From the IMG/VR virus record IMGVR_UViG_3300017560_000010: a stretch of 64,000 nucleotides of DNA, one strand, 5' to 3'. The number at the start of each line of letters is the position of its first letter. Positions within the stretch are counted from its first letter, which is position 1. The translations under genes were made by a program, and so were the position numbers. The stretch comes from a virus. Under the pieces are notes generated by a model. The model searched no databases and was not told the DNA's origin. It worked only from the letters and a program-made list of their open reading frames with translations. Of this stretch, positions 1 through 9,973 are shown one piece after another.

Positions 1-1685
1 CCGGAAAGCAGTTCTCGCTCGACAATACCTCCGTTAGAACGGCCGGCAACCAAAGCATCGCCGGCACGAAGACCTTTACCGATCCGATCAATGTGCGTGG
101 CACGTTCGACGTGAACGGCACTGCGGCAGGCGCTCAGCCGAACGGATTCTATGTATCCGATCTGGGAGGAACCAAGGGCACGACGGACAATCCGACCACC
201 ACCCTCGGCATCATGGCGCAGACCAGTGCCTCGAGATCGATTGGCCTTTCTGTCGATGGGCAGGGAAATATCTACGGCTTTCGCTCGCACAGCAATGCCG
301 GCACCTACACCTGGAAATCGAAGGTCAAGGAAGCGGATGCCGCAATTGCGGCCGACCGGCTGAGCACCGCCAGAACCATCAATGGCGTGAGCTTCAACGG
401 GAGTGCCAACATCACGCTTCCAACCGTGAACACCACGGGCAACCAGACCGTCGCCGGGACGAAAACCTTCTCCAGCACGATTGCAGGTTCGATCAATGGA
501 AATGCGGCCACGGCGAGCAGGCTTGCGACAGCGCGCAACATCAATGGCGTGAGCTTCGATGGAAGCGCGGCCATCACGCTGCCGACCGTCAACCTGACCG
601 GCAATCAAAGCATCGCCGGCACGAAGACCTTTTCCGCGCTTCGCCTGGACGGCAATCTCAATGCCAATGGAAATACGATCACAGGCCTGGCCGAACCGAC
701 GGGCGGCGCCCAGGCGGCGACGAAGTCCTATGTCGACGCTGCTGATGCCGCTGCGGTCAAACTGGCCGGCGCCCAGACCATCACGGGCCAGAAGACGTTC
801 AATACAAGCCCGGTGGTGAATGGTTGGGGTGGGCTAGTCCTCAATAGCGCTGCAAGCAGCCCGTCCAACATCCTGAAGCTGACCCCGAACGATCTCGCTC
901 CGCAGACGGATACGCATTTCCGGGTTGGCGCGGGCTATGCCAATACGACAGTGGGCAACCGGATCCAGCTCTTCCTCAGTGCTGGTGACACATATGGAGA
1001 AGGCGGCACGACGAACTTCAACTCCCCCGCCCTGCTCGTTCAAATTCCGAAAACGGCACAGATCACCAACAGCAGCCTGTATGGCAATGGTGTCGATCCA
1101 TCCGACGGGGGGTCCGGCGTCATCTCATCGATGACCTACCGGTTCGTTCACTTCTTCCGCCAGGTGGGGATCGATGGGGGTCTGCATGTCTATTCCAGCA
1201 CGCCCGGCCGGGTTGCCAAGTTCAACGTTCCTCTGGAGGCCTATAACGGGATCAAGGTCAATCCTGGCACGGGTGGCGAGATCAGGATGCATGGACCCGT
1301 CTATGGGCACAGCTTCAACACATTCTCTGACGCAAGCCTGAAGGAGAATGTGGCTTCCATCCAGTCGAGCGACGCACTCGAGCTTCTGTCAAGAATTCGA
1401 CCCGTCTCCTATAACCTGAAGGAAAGCGGGAACTTCGCATATGGCGTGATTGCGCAGGAGTTCCAGGATGTGATGCCCTGGGCCGTGCATAAAACCGAGG
1501 ATGGTCTTCTCGCGGTGGATTACACCCAGATCGTTCCTCCCCTGGCCCTGGCCGTATCGAGCCTGAAGGAGAAGAACGATACCCTTCGTGGTGAAATCGA
1601 AGATGCGAAGAAATCGAGGCAGGAGCTTGAAAACCGCATTGCGCGGCTTGAAAAGCTCATCGTCGAACAGGCTCAGGCGGAGTAA
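1..1685 (+). CDS. Phage tail-fibre protein, 5'-partial (frame open to window start), with internal ~40-aa repeats and C-terminal intramolecular chaperone (peptidase S74-like) domain
   Basis: No stop in frame from nt 3. Repeats of INGVSF(N/D)GSA.ITLPTVN.TGNQ..AGTKTFS. C-terminus SDASLKENV...VSYNLKE...GVIAQE...VDY matches the auto-cleaving chaperone module of tail fibres and endosialidases. Confidence 0.7.
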   Translation, partial: GKQFSLDNTSVRTAGNQSIAGTKTFTDPINVRGTFDVNGTAAGAQPNGFYVSDLGGTKGTTDNPTTTLGIMAQTSASRSIGLSVDGQGNIYGFRSHSNAGTYTWKSKVKEADAAIAADRLSTARTINGVSFNGSANITLPTVNTTGNQTVAGTKTFSSTIAGSINGNAATASRLATARNINGVSFDGSAAITLPTVNLTGNQSIAGTKTFSALRLDGNLNANGNTITGLAEPTGGAQAATKSYVDAADAAAVKLAGAQTITGQKTFNTSPVVNGWGGLVLNSAASSPSNILKLTPNDLAPQTDTHFRVGAGYANTTVGNRIQLFLSAGDTYGEGGTTNFNSPALLVQIPKTAQITNSSLYGNGVDPSDGGSGVISSMTYRFVHFFRQVGIDGGLHVYSSTPGRVAKFNVPLEAYNGIKVNPGTGGEIRMHGPVYGHSFNTFSDASLKENVASIQSSDALELLSRIRPVSYNLKESGNFAYGVIAQEFQDVMPWAVHKTEDGLLAVDYTQIVPPLALAVSSLKEKNDTLRGEIEDAKKSRQELENRIARLEKLIVEQAQAE

Positions 1686-1825
1686 TTCTCCCAAAACTCA
1701 ATGCACCCGCCGGTAAGAAAGCCCTCTTCCTGCGGGTGTGTCATTTCTTGCGCAAGAATTTCAGGATTGAATTTTCGCAAATTTGATTAGTTTCAGGTGA
1801 CAGAGACTGGAAGCCATTCAGGAGA

Positions 1826-3277
1826 ATGGATATGGCAAGCGCAAAAACAAGACTGCTCCTCAGCGCCATGATCGTCGCTCTTGGTGCCGGGACACCGGCG
1901 TTGGCCGACAGGGTAGGCACTGACAGTTCCGGTGTCCTGGGTGTTTCGAGCCCGGGCTTTTTCGGCGCTGGAGATTCCCTTGACGGATCCTCCGGTGACA
2001 ACCTCGGGAACCACCAGGCGAACGCGGATCTCGACATGGGCGGCAACGCCATCGTCGATATGGGTGAACCTCTGTCCGACGGCGACGCCGCCACGAAATA
2101 CTATGTTGACGTGAAGTCTGCCGCGGCCAAGGACAACCTCGGTAACCATGTCGCCACGCGCGTTCTCGACATGAACGGCAATGCGATCACCGGTCTTTCA
2201 GACCCCTCCACCTCGACATCAGGCGTCAACCTGCGGACGCTTCAGAAGATGATCGATGATATCGAGGGTGACGATCTCGGTGACCACAAGGCGACAGCCA
2301 ATCTCGACATGAGCGGGAACCGGATCGAATTCACAGCCGATCCGCAAAACCCACGTGATGTCGCGACAAAGCAATATGTCGACGGGTTGGTGACCTCGAT
2401 CGATCTTCCCAAGGACATCAGCGGAAATCGGGTCAATTCCGGCATCGGCCTCAGCGGCGGCGGGCCGCTCTCATCCGACATCACCCTGAGCTTCGATACC
2501 GTTTGGGGCGACGGACGCTATGCGCTTCGCTCACGGACCCTGTCTGCCGGAGATGGCCTGGATGGCGGCGGACCTCTTTCCGGGAACCTGAGCTTCAAGG
2601 TCGACGGAACGGTTGTTCGGACATCTGGTTCTCAGGCCATCGAAGGGGCAAAGACGTTCAAGTCGATCCGCCTGGACGGAAACATTCAGGCTTTGGGCAA
2701 TACGATCACCGGCCTGGCGACTCCGACGGCTGGTGGACATGCCGCGACGAAAGGCTATGTCGACAAGCTCTACGGCACAGGCGCTGGACTTAAGCAAACC
2801 GGAACGACGTTCGCCCTTGCGGACAACTATCTCCGCCGGAGTGCGAGCACGGATGCTGCTGGCGTCATGGCTTATGCCGGATACACCCGGACCAGTGGGC
2901 AATTCTATGGCGGCAACACGAACCCGAATGCTTCCGTGCGCTTGAACTACAATGGCCACCTCTATGCGACGCGCTTCTACAGCGGCATGTATCTCTACTT
3001 CTCCGACAGGAACCTGAAGGAGAATATCGAGACTGTCGATGCCGATGCAGGCATGGAGCTCATCCGCAAGATCCGTCCCGTCTCCTATGACTGGAAAGAA
3101 AGCGGCGATCACGCTCTCGGTGTCATTGCCCAGGAGGTCGAAGAAGTTCTTCCAATGGCGGTGAAAACGAACGAGGCCGGGATCAAGGCTGTCGATTATG
3201 TCCAGATGATCGCCCCGCTCGTGGCCGCGGTGCAATCCCTGGATGCCAGGGTCGCTGCTCTTGAAGCCGCTCAATAA
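1826..3277 (+). CDS. Second tail-fibre-like protein with C-terminal intramolecular chaperone (S74-like) domain
   Basis: Three DNLGNH.A...LDM.GN.I repeats. C-terminus SDRNLKENIE...RPVSYDWKE...GVIAQEVEEV...VDY is paralogous to the previous gene's C-terminus. RBS-like GGAGAATGG upstream. Confidence 0.7.
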   Translation: MDMASAKTRLLLSAMIVALGAGTPALADRVGTDSSGVLGVSSPGFFGAGDSLDGSSGDNLGNHQANADLDMGGNAIVDMGEPLSDGDAATKYYVDVKSAAAKDNLGNHVATRVLDMNGNAITGLSDPSTSTSGVNLRTLQKMIDDIEGDDLGDHKATANLDMSGNRIEFTADPQNPRDVATKQYVDGLVTSIDLPKDISGNRVNSGIGLSGGGPLSSDITLSFDTVWGDGRYALRSRTLSAGDGLDGGGPLSGNLSFKVDGTVVRTSGSQAIEGAKTFKSIRLDGNIQALGNTITGLATPTAGGHAATKGYVDKLYGTGAGLKQTGTTFALADNYLRRSASTDAAGVMAYAGYTRTSGQFYGGNTNPNASVRLNYNGHLYATRFYSGMYLYFSDRNLKENIETVDADAGMELIRKIRPVSYDWKESGDHALGVIAQEVEEVLPMAVKTNEAGIKAVDYVQMIAPLVAAVQSLDARVAALEAAQ

Positions 3278-3305
3278 GAGCAATCCCGGGACCAAGTGAA
3301 GGAAA

Positions 3306-3340
3306 GGGCGCCGGAGAAATCCGGCGCCCTGATCATTTCC
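3306..3340 (+). terminator. Rho-independent terminator after the tail-fibre genes
   Basis: Perfect 10-bp stem GGGCGCCGGA / TCCGGCGCCC with GAAA loop, followed by TGATCATTT. Confidence 0.55.
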
Positions 3341-3426
3341 GCGAAAACCTGTGGATCCCCGGTCGAGATGGCTTGATATTTTTCTCCAGACGTTTTTCTC
3401 GATTTAAGAGCAGATCGGGGATCTAC

Positions 3427-4302
3427 ATGGATATCGTCTTATTTCTATCCGGCGCGGTCATTTTCTTCCTGATCGGCATATCGTTCCGCAGCAAGGACGA
3501 TCCGGCGGGTTTCCTGGCCAGGTTGACCAAGGAGCACCGGAACTCGAGTATTCATCACTTCCCCGATGACGGGTCCATATGCATCGTCGATCACGGCGGT
3601 AAATGCCTGATCCTCGGGAAGTCGCTCCCGGAGGCGAAGATCGCGAAAATAGAGGGCCGCTGGCTTTTCCAGTCGATCAGGGCCATCGAGATAAGGGCCG
3701 GTCGGGTTCCCGTCGTCTCGATAAGCCGCGAGCAGATTGCCGGCGGCGCGGCAGACAGCGCCACATATGGAAGGATCATGGAGCTTCTGCAGAAGCATAT
3801 CGACAAGACAAAGGACATCCCGCAGGTCTCCCTGGTGATATGGACGGATGATGTCCTGCATCAGTTCAATACCGTGCTGTTTCATGTCCGGAATGAGGAG
3901 GGCAGCGATGAGGATAACGAAGCGAGACTTCATCACGCCGCCAAGAAAATAGGATATTTCTCGTCTCTGATTGCCGCTGGTATGGTCGAGGCCCTGCCCT
4001 CGGAAGCGGCTGTGCCGCTCAAGTCCGTTGCCGGGAAATACTCGGGGGAACGGATCAACGTGAAACCCCCTGAGAATCTTCCCGGTGAACTCATCCAGGA
4101 TGATGAGGTCGCGCAGGTAGAGATGGATGAGACCGATGGGTCGGACATGGATCCGCATGAAGAAACGCCCGCCTCCCCTGCCCCGATCGAGCCGTTGATG
4201 ATCGGAACTGATATCCGTGTCCTCTGGGACCTGGTTCAGCTCGGGGCGCTTTCCGATGACGAATATCGTGTCGCAAAAGAGAAGATCCTTGGAGAAAGAT
4301 GA
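3427..4302 (+). CDS. Membrane protein with C-terminal SHOCT-like motif, function unknown
   Basis: N-terminal TM helix (IVLFLSGAVIFFLIGI). C-terminal LWDLVQLGALSDDEYRVAKEKILG resembles SHOCT short C-terminal domain. Confidence 0.4.
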   Translation: MDIVLFLSGAVIFFLIGISFRSKDDPAGFLARLTKEHRNSSIHHFPDDGSICIVDHGGKCLILGKSLPEAKIAKIEGRWLFQSIRAIEIRAGRVPVVSISREQIAGGAADSATYGRIMELLQKHIDKTKDIPQVSLVIWTDDVLHQFNTVLFHVRNEEGSDEDNEARLHHAAKKIGYFSSLIAAGMVEALPSEAAVPLKSVAGKYSGERINVKPPENLPGELIQDDEVAQVEMDETDGSDMDPHEETPASPAPIEPLMIGTDIRVLWDLVQLGALSDDEYRVAKEKILGER

Positions 4303-4430
4303 ACCTTCATGCCGGATTTTCCCGTGGGAGGATGAACTTCCGAATTTTCTTCTGGAAGCACCTCTGATAGCTTCTTTTTTTCACATGCAAAGCGCATGGT
4401 CATGACACACGGCGAAAGATTCAACTTCAA

Positions 4431-6296
4431 ATGCAGGCACTGATCTTCATCGAAGCGAACGGAAAGGCGGCAGCCTGGTCCCGTATCGTCAGATCCCTCG
4501 GAATGACCGCCCAGGTCATTCCGACGGGTGGTCACGTCTGCTCGTTTCCTGACAAGCTGTTCCCTCTGGGCATCGACATGCGGAAGGAAGGCAAGCTTGA
4601 GGCGCGGCGCGCACCAGATCCGGAGAAGCTTCGGAGGATCGTTGACGCCGTAAAGGCCGCGCCGGCCAATGCACATATCGTTCTGGCCATGGACAACGAT
4701 GTCGAAGGCGATGTGATCGCCTATGATGTCGCTGAGATCATCTTCCGGTCAGCACCTGAACGCGTGGACGCGATCTACAGGGTTCGGCCTGGTCCGATCA
4801 CGGCGAAAGGCGTTCGTCATGCGATGAGCATGGCCAAGCCGGTCAGGAAATGCCTTGGACGGATGGTCAATGATGCCATTCCGGGCCGTGCTCGCGCCGT
4901 AACCGATCGGTGGATCGGCGCGGTTTTCTCGCGCATGGCGAATGTCGCCGTCGGCCGGGTGCGTTCGGCCATTCTCGGCGCCGTTTATCTCAACAACCGC
5001 GCGCCCCAGTTCCTGAGGGGCCGTCCCGAGGTTGGCGAGATCACCTTCCAGGCGCGATCGGCGACCGGTGGCAGGCCGTTCATCGCCAGGGTCCCTCTCA
5101 GTGGAACGGAAACGCCCGATCATGTTCAGGCGCTCATTCGCCTTGCCAAGGAATGGTCTGGCCGCCAGATCCCGGGATCCGTCAGGCCCCTGCAATCCCT
5201 GAGCGCCGCCATCGCCCCGCGAATGGGGACCGTCAGGCCATTCAATACGGCCGATGCCTTGGCCTATGCATCTCGCCATCATGGGATCCCCGTCAAGATG
5301 GCCATGCAGGGTTTGCAGGACTCCTATCTTCGTGGACTGATCAGCTATCCCCGCACGGACAGTCATGAGATCTCGAGCGAAAGCGCCTCCCGGGTCACCA
5401 TGCTGGGCTTCGGCTGCGGCCTCGACGGGCTTGAAGCCGAGGTTCTCAGTTCCGAAGGCCGGATCTCGTCTCTCGAGCAGGTTGCCTTGACTCATGACAA
5501 TGCGCATGAGGCGCTTCATCCTGTCGTGGGGATATCCACAAAGACGACGCAGCAGATGCGGGAGTTGATCCGCAAGCCGTTGCGTAAACCTCCGGGCGGA
5601 TGGGATCGGGACAGCGTCATCAATGCGATGACGATCTTGGTCTCGCGAAGAGCCTTCGAGGCGTCCCGGGAAATCACGCTGGAGCGCGGCAACTGGGGTA
5701 TCGACAATCAGGCGGGGATCGCCAGCGATGATGCCGAGCTGCTACAGGATCTGGAGTGGTTCCGTGATGAAGGGTTCAACTTCCCATGGACCAGGAACTT
5801 CCTGACTTCGGTGAAGGAATGGCCTCTGGACGCTGTTCTTCTTGAAACGATGGTCATCGAAGGCATTGGACGCCCATCCACCTATGCCGCCCATGTCAAT
5901 GTGGCGGTGGAGTCCGAAGATATCGAGTTCAGGGATTTCCCCGGGCTCCCGAAGCCGACCCCGCAAGGCAAGGAAACGCTCAAGAAGATCCCGAAATCGG
6001 TTTGGAATCCGGCCGTATGCCGGCAGATTGAGGATGCGCTGGAGAATGCCGGAAACCTGGTGCGTGAGGATATTTCATCCCCGCTACAGAAGCGCGCCAG
6101 GCACAGGGTTCTCTTCTGGCTCAACAAGATTCCCGATGATATGCGCAAACCGCTTCTGGAAGCCTTGGATGAGGGCAGGTCATCACGGGAGAAGGGGGTG
6201 GCGGCGAACCTCAGGAGCCAGGAGCCGGTGGCAGATGCGGAACGTGACGATCCTTCGCTGTCGACGGATATTCCTGAGCCCGCACCTTACGGATGA
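4431..6296 (+). CDS. Type IA DNA topoisomerase-like protein (Toprim domain + topo IA catalytic tyrosine motif), divergent and short
   Basis: N-terminal Toprim signature (E in FIEANGK, and AMDNDVEGD DxD). LISYPRTDS matches the GxxxYxRTDS active-site tyrosine motif of topo I/III. Confidence 0.55.
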   Translation: MQALIFIEANGKAAAWSRIVRSLGMTAQVIPTGGHVCSFPDKLFPLGIDMRKEGKLEARRAPDPEKLRRIVDAVKAAPANAHIVLAMDNDVEGDVIAYDVAEIIFRSAPERVDAIYRVRPGPITAKGVRHAMSMAKPVRKCLGRMVNDAIPGRARAVTDRWIGAVFSRMANVAVGRVRSAILGAVYLNNRAPQFLRGRPEVGEITFQARSATGGRPFIARVPLSGTETPDHVQALIRLAKEWSGRQIPGSVRPLQSLSAAIAPRMGTVRPFNTADALAYASRHHGIPVKMAMQGLQDSYLRGLISYPRTDSHEISSESASRVTMLGFGCGLDGLEAEVLSSEGRISSLEQVALTHDNAHEALHPVVGISTKTTQQMRELIRKPLRKPPGGWDRDSVINAMTILVSRRAFEASREITLERGNWGIDNQAGIASDDAELLQDLEWFRDEGFNFPWTRNFLTSVKEWPLDAVLLETMVIEGIGRPSTYAAHVNVAVESEDIEFRDFPGLPKPTPQGKETLKKIPKSVWNPAVCRQIEDALENAGNLVREDISSPLQKRARHRVLFWLNKIPDDMRKPLLEALDEGRSSREKGVAANLRSQEPVADAERDDPSLSTDIPEPAPYG

Positions 6297-6338
6297 TCCG
6301 GGAAGCCGCAGGCATCACCTGCGGTGTCCGCCATCGCC

Positions 6339-6965
6339 TCAGCCATACCATTTGCGTTTCGGCCCGGAATCGATGTGAACGAAACGATTCCGGTAATGCC
6401 CCGTTCCTCCGATCTCCAGCCACTCGGCGATTTCAGCGAGATCGGAGACCTTTGCGCCCGGCATTGTGAAATCGACGGCCTTTGCCTCGAGGTGAAGCGA
6501 CTTCTTGGCCGCGCCATACCCCCTGGCTCTGAGGAAATCATTGGTCTTGTTGGTCCTGAAGCCCGAGTTTGCATGAATGAGGCCGGGATTTCCCGCCTTT
6601 ATGCCGCTCATCCGCAGGGCGGCAAGCCCCCAGAGGAGCCGGATGTCCATCTGTCGGGTTTCCTGCTGGCGCCAATCCCGCATGATCCAGTTGAACTCGC
6701 GAACGGCATCCATGTTGTAGCCGGATGAACGGTAGAACCTGAATTTCGCGCGTTCCTTGGTATTGGTGTTGTAGATCTCGAGCACGGGCTCGATATCCCG
6801 GACCAGGCTGTCGAGCCTGCTTCCCGCCCGATTTGGGGTGTTTGCAAAACCCGAGGTCGGCAACATGGCCGGCAGAACGGCGGTCGCCGGCACCAAGGCC
6901 GCACAGGCGAGGTTTGTCAGGAAGGATCTTCTGCCAAGCATAGGCAACTCATCTTCATTAATCAT
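6339..6965 (-). CDS. Tat-secreted DUF882 / peptidase M15A family protein (MepK/YcbK-like murein peptidase)
   Basis: Twin-arginine signal MLGRRSFLTNLACAAL. Family-typical GYRTNKTN, HLEAKAVDF, HYRNRFVHIDSG motifs. Confidence 0.7.
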   Translation of the reverse strand: MINEDELPMLGRRSFLTNLACAALVPATAVLPAMLPTSGFANTPNRAGSRLDSLVRDIEPVLEIYNTNTKERAKFRFYRSSGYNMDAVREFNWIMRDWRQQETRQMDIRLLWGLAALRMSGIKAGNPGLIHANSGFRTNKTNDFLRARGYGAAKKSLHLEAKAVDFTMPGAKVSDLAEIAEWLEIGGTGHYRNRFVHIDSGPKRKWYG

Positions 6966-7153
6966 TTTCGCATGCAATAATAGCGCCGGAAGGCATGTTT
7001 TCCATGCGAAGCTCCGTTATTCGTTGTGGATTCGCGTATGAGAGCGGGAATTGGCCGATCGAGGCCGATTTTTTTCGTCCATTTGGTTTGGGAATTTCGT
7101 GCCCTGGTGCCATCATCCCTCATGAACAAGTGGTAATCCCTTGAATTTGAAAG

Positions 7154-7705
7154 GTGGAACCGATGAACCATGCCCTTGCAGTCGCGCATACGCGTCGCGT
7201 TGATGTCCCGGATGACGTGCCCGGAGGCCGGGAGAACAGCATCGTTGTGCGTTACGACGCCGGCCGGAAGGCTGATGGTGAAGTGATCTACGCGATGATC
7301 TCGCTGACGGATCTGGCGAAATTGCCAGGATCCGTTCTCGAAGGCATCAATATGCTCTCGAAAGGACCCGATGGCTCCCTGGTCGGAAGCCCGAACGCCT
7401 TCTTCCGGGCCCATCCCGAGGAGGGAAACGTCCTCTACGTCAACACCTGGGAGCATGGCGATTTCGTGACGACACTCGGAAACGAGGCCGTCCGGTCCGG
7501 TCTGGAAGCGTTCATGGCAAATGGCGACATCAATGCTTTCCGCGGGCCGGACGGATCCGATATCGATCCTCCGGAGACGCCGGCGTTCATCGCGCTGAAC
7601 ATGGAACATCTGCCGGTCCGCGTGGCGATCTCAGAACTGCATGCACTGCGTTCCGAGCGGGAGAATCGTGCCGATGCCGTATCACCGTCAGGAATGTCGA
7701 TGTGA
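7154..7705 (+). CDS. Hypothetical protein
   Basis: ORF with coding-like composition; no recognisable motif. Confidence 0.4.
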   Translation: MEPMNHALAVAHTRRVDVPDDVPGGRENSIVVRYDAGRKADGEVIYAMISLTDLAKLPGSVLEGINMLSKGPDGSLVGSPNAFFRAHPEEGNVLYVNTWEHGDFVTTLGNEAVRSGLEAFMANGDINAFRGPDGSDIDPPETPAFIALNMEHLPVRVAISELHALRSERENRADAVSPSGMSM

Positions 7706-7720
7706 GTGGAGTGATCGCGG

Positions 7721-8299
7721 ATGTTTCCATCGCGTGAAGATCACCTGATTTTCTGCAGGCCCTGCGATTACCTGGTGATCGACGGGGATACATTCGCGAT
7801 CATGTCATATTTCGATGAACGTGGCGAGTTCATGCCGGCCAGGCGTGATGCAGGTGGACAACCCCTCGCCCATTTCAGGGTCCGCCTGCCGAATGTCGAC
7901 ACGGCCGAGCTCCGCATGACCACGATTTACGATGCCGAGAAGAGAGCGCTTGGCATCGATCCTGACGCAGGTTCTGTCGGGGATGTGGTGAAAAAGGAAG
8001 TTCAGTCGATGGTAAGAGACCGAGCCCTTTTCATTCACCCCCAGCAGGGATGGGACGGAACCGTCCGCGACAGATACGACAGGGTTCTGGCTCATGTCGT
8101 CATATCGGGAAGCAAGGGCAATCAGTTCAATCCTATCGGCTCCCGATCCCTGGAGATCGAATTGCTTGAAAGAAACCTGGCAATCGTGATGGAGGGTCGT
8201 GAGTATCCTCCCCACACCTCGCCAGTGATCGACCAGATTCTTCGGGATAATGATGAACGGGAAATGCTGGAAAGCATATCCTCCGGTCCGGCTCTTTGA
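7721..8299 (+). CDS. Thermonuclease (staphylococcal nuclease, SNc) family protein
   Basis: VIDGDTF, VRLPNVDTAEL, and DRYDRVLAHV mirror SNase motifs (DGDT, RLxGIDxPE, DKYGRxLAYV). Confidence 0.65.
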   Translation: MFPSREDHLIFCRPCDYLVIDGDTFAIMSYFDERGEFMPARRDAGGQPLAHFRVRLPNVDTAELRMTTIYDAEKRALGIDPDAGSVGDVVKKEVQSMVRDRALFIHPQQGWDGTVRDRYDRVLAHVVISGSKGNQFNPIGSRSLEIELLERNLAIVMEGREYPPHTSPVIDQILRDNDEREMLESISSGPAL

Positions 8300-8345
8300 A
8301 AATTTCATTTTTCTCATAATTTCATGGCCAGAACACGAGGCCGCC

Positions 8346-9110
8346 ATGAAAGCATCCATCTTCCTGTCGATCGCCGCATTGATCTCTTCCCCGGTCCTGG
8401 CTGAAGAAGGTATCGATATTGCATCCGATGCCATTCAGGCGCTTACGGGAGAACCGGAAGATCCCCCTGAGCAGCGCCCCCTTGAGGATCTGCTCTATGA
8501 AAGGATCACCGGCATCGACAAGGATATCGGCGTCAGGGAGGTCCATTACGCCGATCTTCTGGATGATGGCGTCCAGGCAGGCCTTGTCATGCTGGACGAA
8601 TGCGACGATCTTGGTTGCGCATGGCAACTGCTGACCTACAGGGGCGGAGAATACGTGATCTCAGGAGCATCCTGGGGACAGCAGGTCCAATTTGCGGATG
8701 CCGGCGGCATCACCATCATCCTCTCCGATGGCGTGACCTGGGCCTATGACGGGACATGGATCTATCCCTATGGCGGCCTGCTCGATCGTCTCGTCAGGAC
8801 AAGGCCGAGTGAAGACGAGATCCGTGATCTCTCCGACGACCTTCCTGACCTGATCTTCACCGTAGATCAGACCGAGCTTCGCATCGCTGAGATCACGGCC
8901 GCACATCCAGGCAACGAGAAGATCTTCTACGATCGCAGCCTCGGGAATTTTGGCGGACCGAAAGGCTACCCCTTCGTCATAACGGATCGGGACAACAAGA
9001 TCATCGAGCAAGGATGGTCGCTGCAGCTTCCACAGATGTTCCGATCCGGGACCGGTTCGATCATCATTCCGGAAAGCGCCAACGGATACGACTTCATCGT
9101 AATCAGGTAA
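8346..9110 (+). CDS. Secreted protein of unknown function (paralog A)
   Basis: Signal peptide MKASIFLSIAALISSPVLA. Shares YADL..DG..AGLVMLDECDDLGCAWQL and SDGVTWAYDG blocks with the next gene. Confidence 0.5.
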   Translation: MKASIFLSIAALISSPVLAEEGIDIASDAIQALTGEPEDPPEQRPLEDLLYERITGIDKDIGVREVHYADLLDDGVQAGLVMLDECDDLGCAWQLLTYRGGEYVISGASWGQQVQFADAGGITIILSDGVTWAYDGTWIYPYGGLLDRLVRTRPSEDEIRDLSDDLPDLIFTVDQTELRIAEITAAHPGNEKIFYDRSLGNFGGPKGYPFVITDRDNKIIEQGWSLQLPQMFRSGTGSIIIPESANGYDFIVIR

Positions 9111-9204
9111 AGGATAGTCCGTTTTCCCCAAGTGATTGTCATTTTTGCGCTAGGTTTTTCGCATTTCTGAATAGATTCACCCTGACAACCATTGGAACGA
9201 TGTG

Positions 9205-9957
9205 ATGAACCCGCACAGCCCCATTGCAGCTTTTGCCCTCGTTGCGGCACTCGCGCTGCCCGGATACGCTCAGGAAGCCAACCAAGGGGCCGTTGAGGCC
9301 GTGGCAGCGCCATCTCTCGATCTGGCCGACGAGCTCTATGCCTATGTCGAGCTCGTCGACGCCGAATTTGGAGTCCGGAATGTCCTCTACGCCGACTTCG
9401 GTCAGAACGGAGAGCCGGCGGCCGTGATCGTCCTCGACAATTGCGATGACCTGGGTTGCGAATGGCAAATGGTGGCCCGCAAGGAAAACGGATATGAGCC
9501 GGTCGGCGGCGCCTTCGCCAAGGAGGTCAGGGTCGAAGATGTTTCCGGCGCCCCGATCGTCTGGTCGGACGGGGTGACCTGGGGTTACAGCGGCGATGCG
9601 CTCTACATCCTCGGTGGACTTCTTGAAGGGCGAGTCGCCTTCGACGCGTCGCCGAAGGATGTCGCTCCTCTCAATGAGGCTATTCCGGATCTTAATCTGG
9701 ATGCGAAGGATGCGATTTTCTACGAACTGGAACTGACAACGAAAAATCCGGGCAATGAACGCGTCTACATGCTTTTCGGTCCTGCCGGAAATTATGGCGA
9801 AAGTGGTAACAGGTTCTTTGTGACCAGCAATGATGGCGAAGTCCTCGTAGATGCGAAGAGTGTCGATGCTCCCAGCATTTTCCGCAAACCTGATGAAGCG
9901 GGATCGACCCTGGTGACATTTTCGGCCGGCCAGATGGCAATGATCGATCTGGAATGA
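9205..9957 (+). CDS. Secreted protein of unknown function (paralog B of 8346..9110)
   Basis: Signal peptide ...AAFALVAALALPGYA. Has VLDNCDDLGCEWQM and SDGVTWGYSG blocks. Confidence 0.5.
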   Translation: MNPHSPIAAFALVAALALPGYAQEANQGAVEAVAAPSLDLADELYAYVELVDAEFGVRNVLYADFGQNGEPAAVIVLDNCDDLGCEWQMVARKENGYEPVGGAFAKEVRVEDVSGAPIVWSDGVTWGYSGDALYILGGLLEGRVAFDASPKDVAPLNEAIPDLNLDAKDAIFYELELTTKNPGNERVYMLFGPAGNYGESGNRFFVTSNDGEVLVDAKSVDAPSIFRKPDEAGSTLVTFSAGQMAMIDLE

Positions 9958-9973
9958 GCACGTCAATAAGGAG

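Noticed and set aside
4749-6148. Several 60-250-aa ORFs antisense or frame-shifted within the topoisomerase-like gene
   Set aside because: These are shadow ORFs of a GC-rich coding region.
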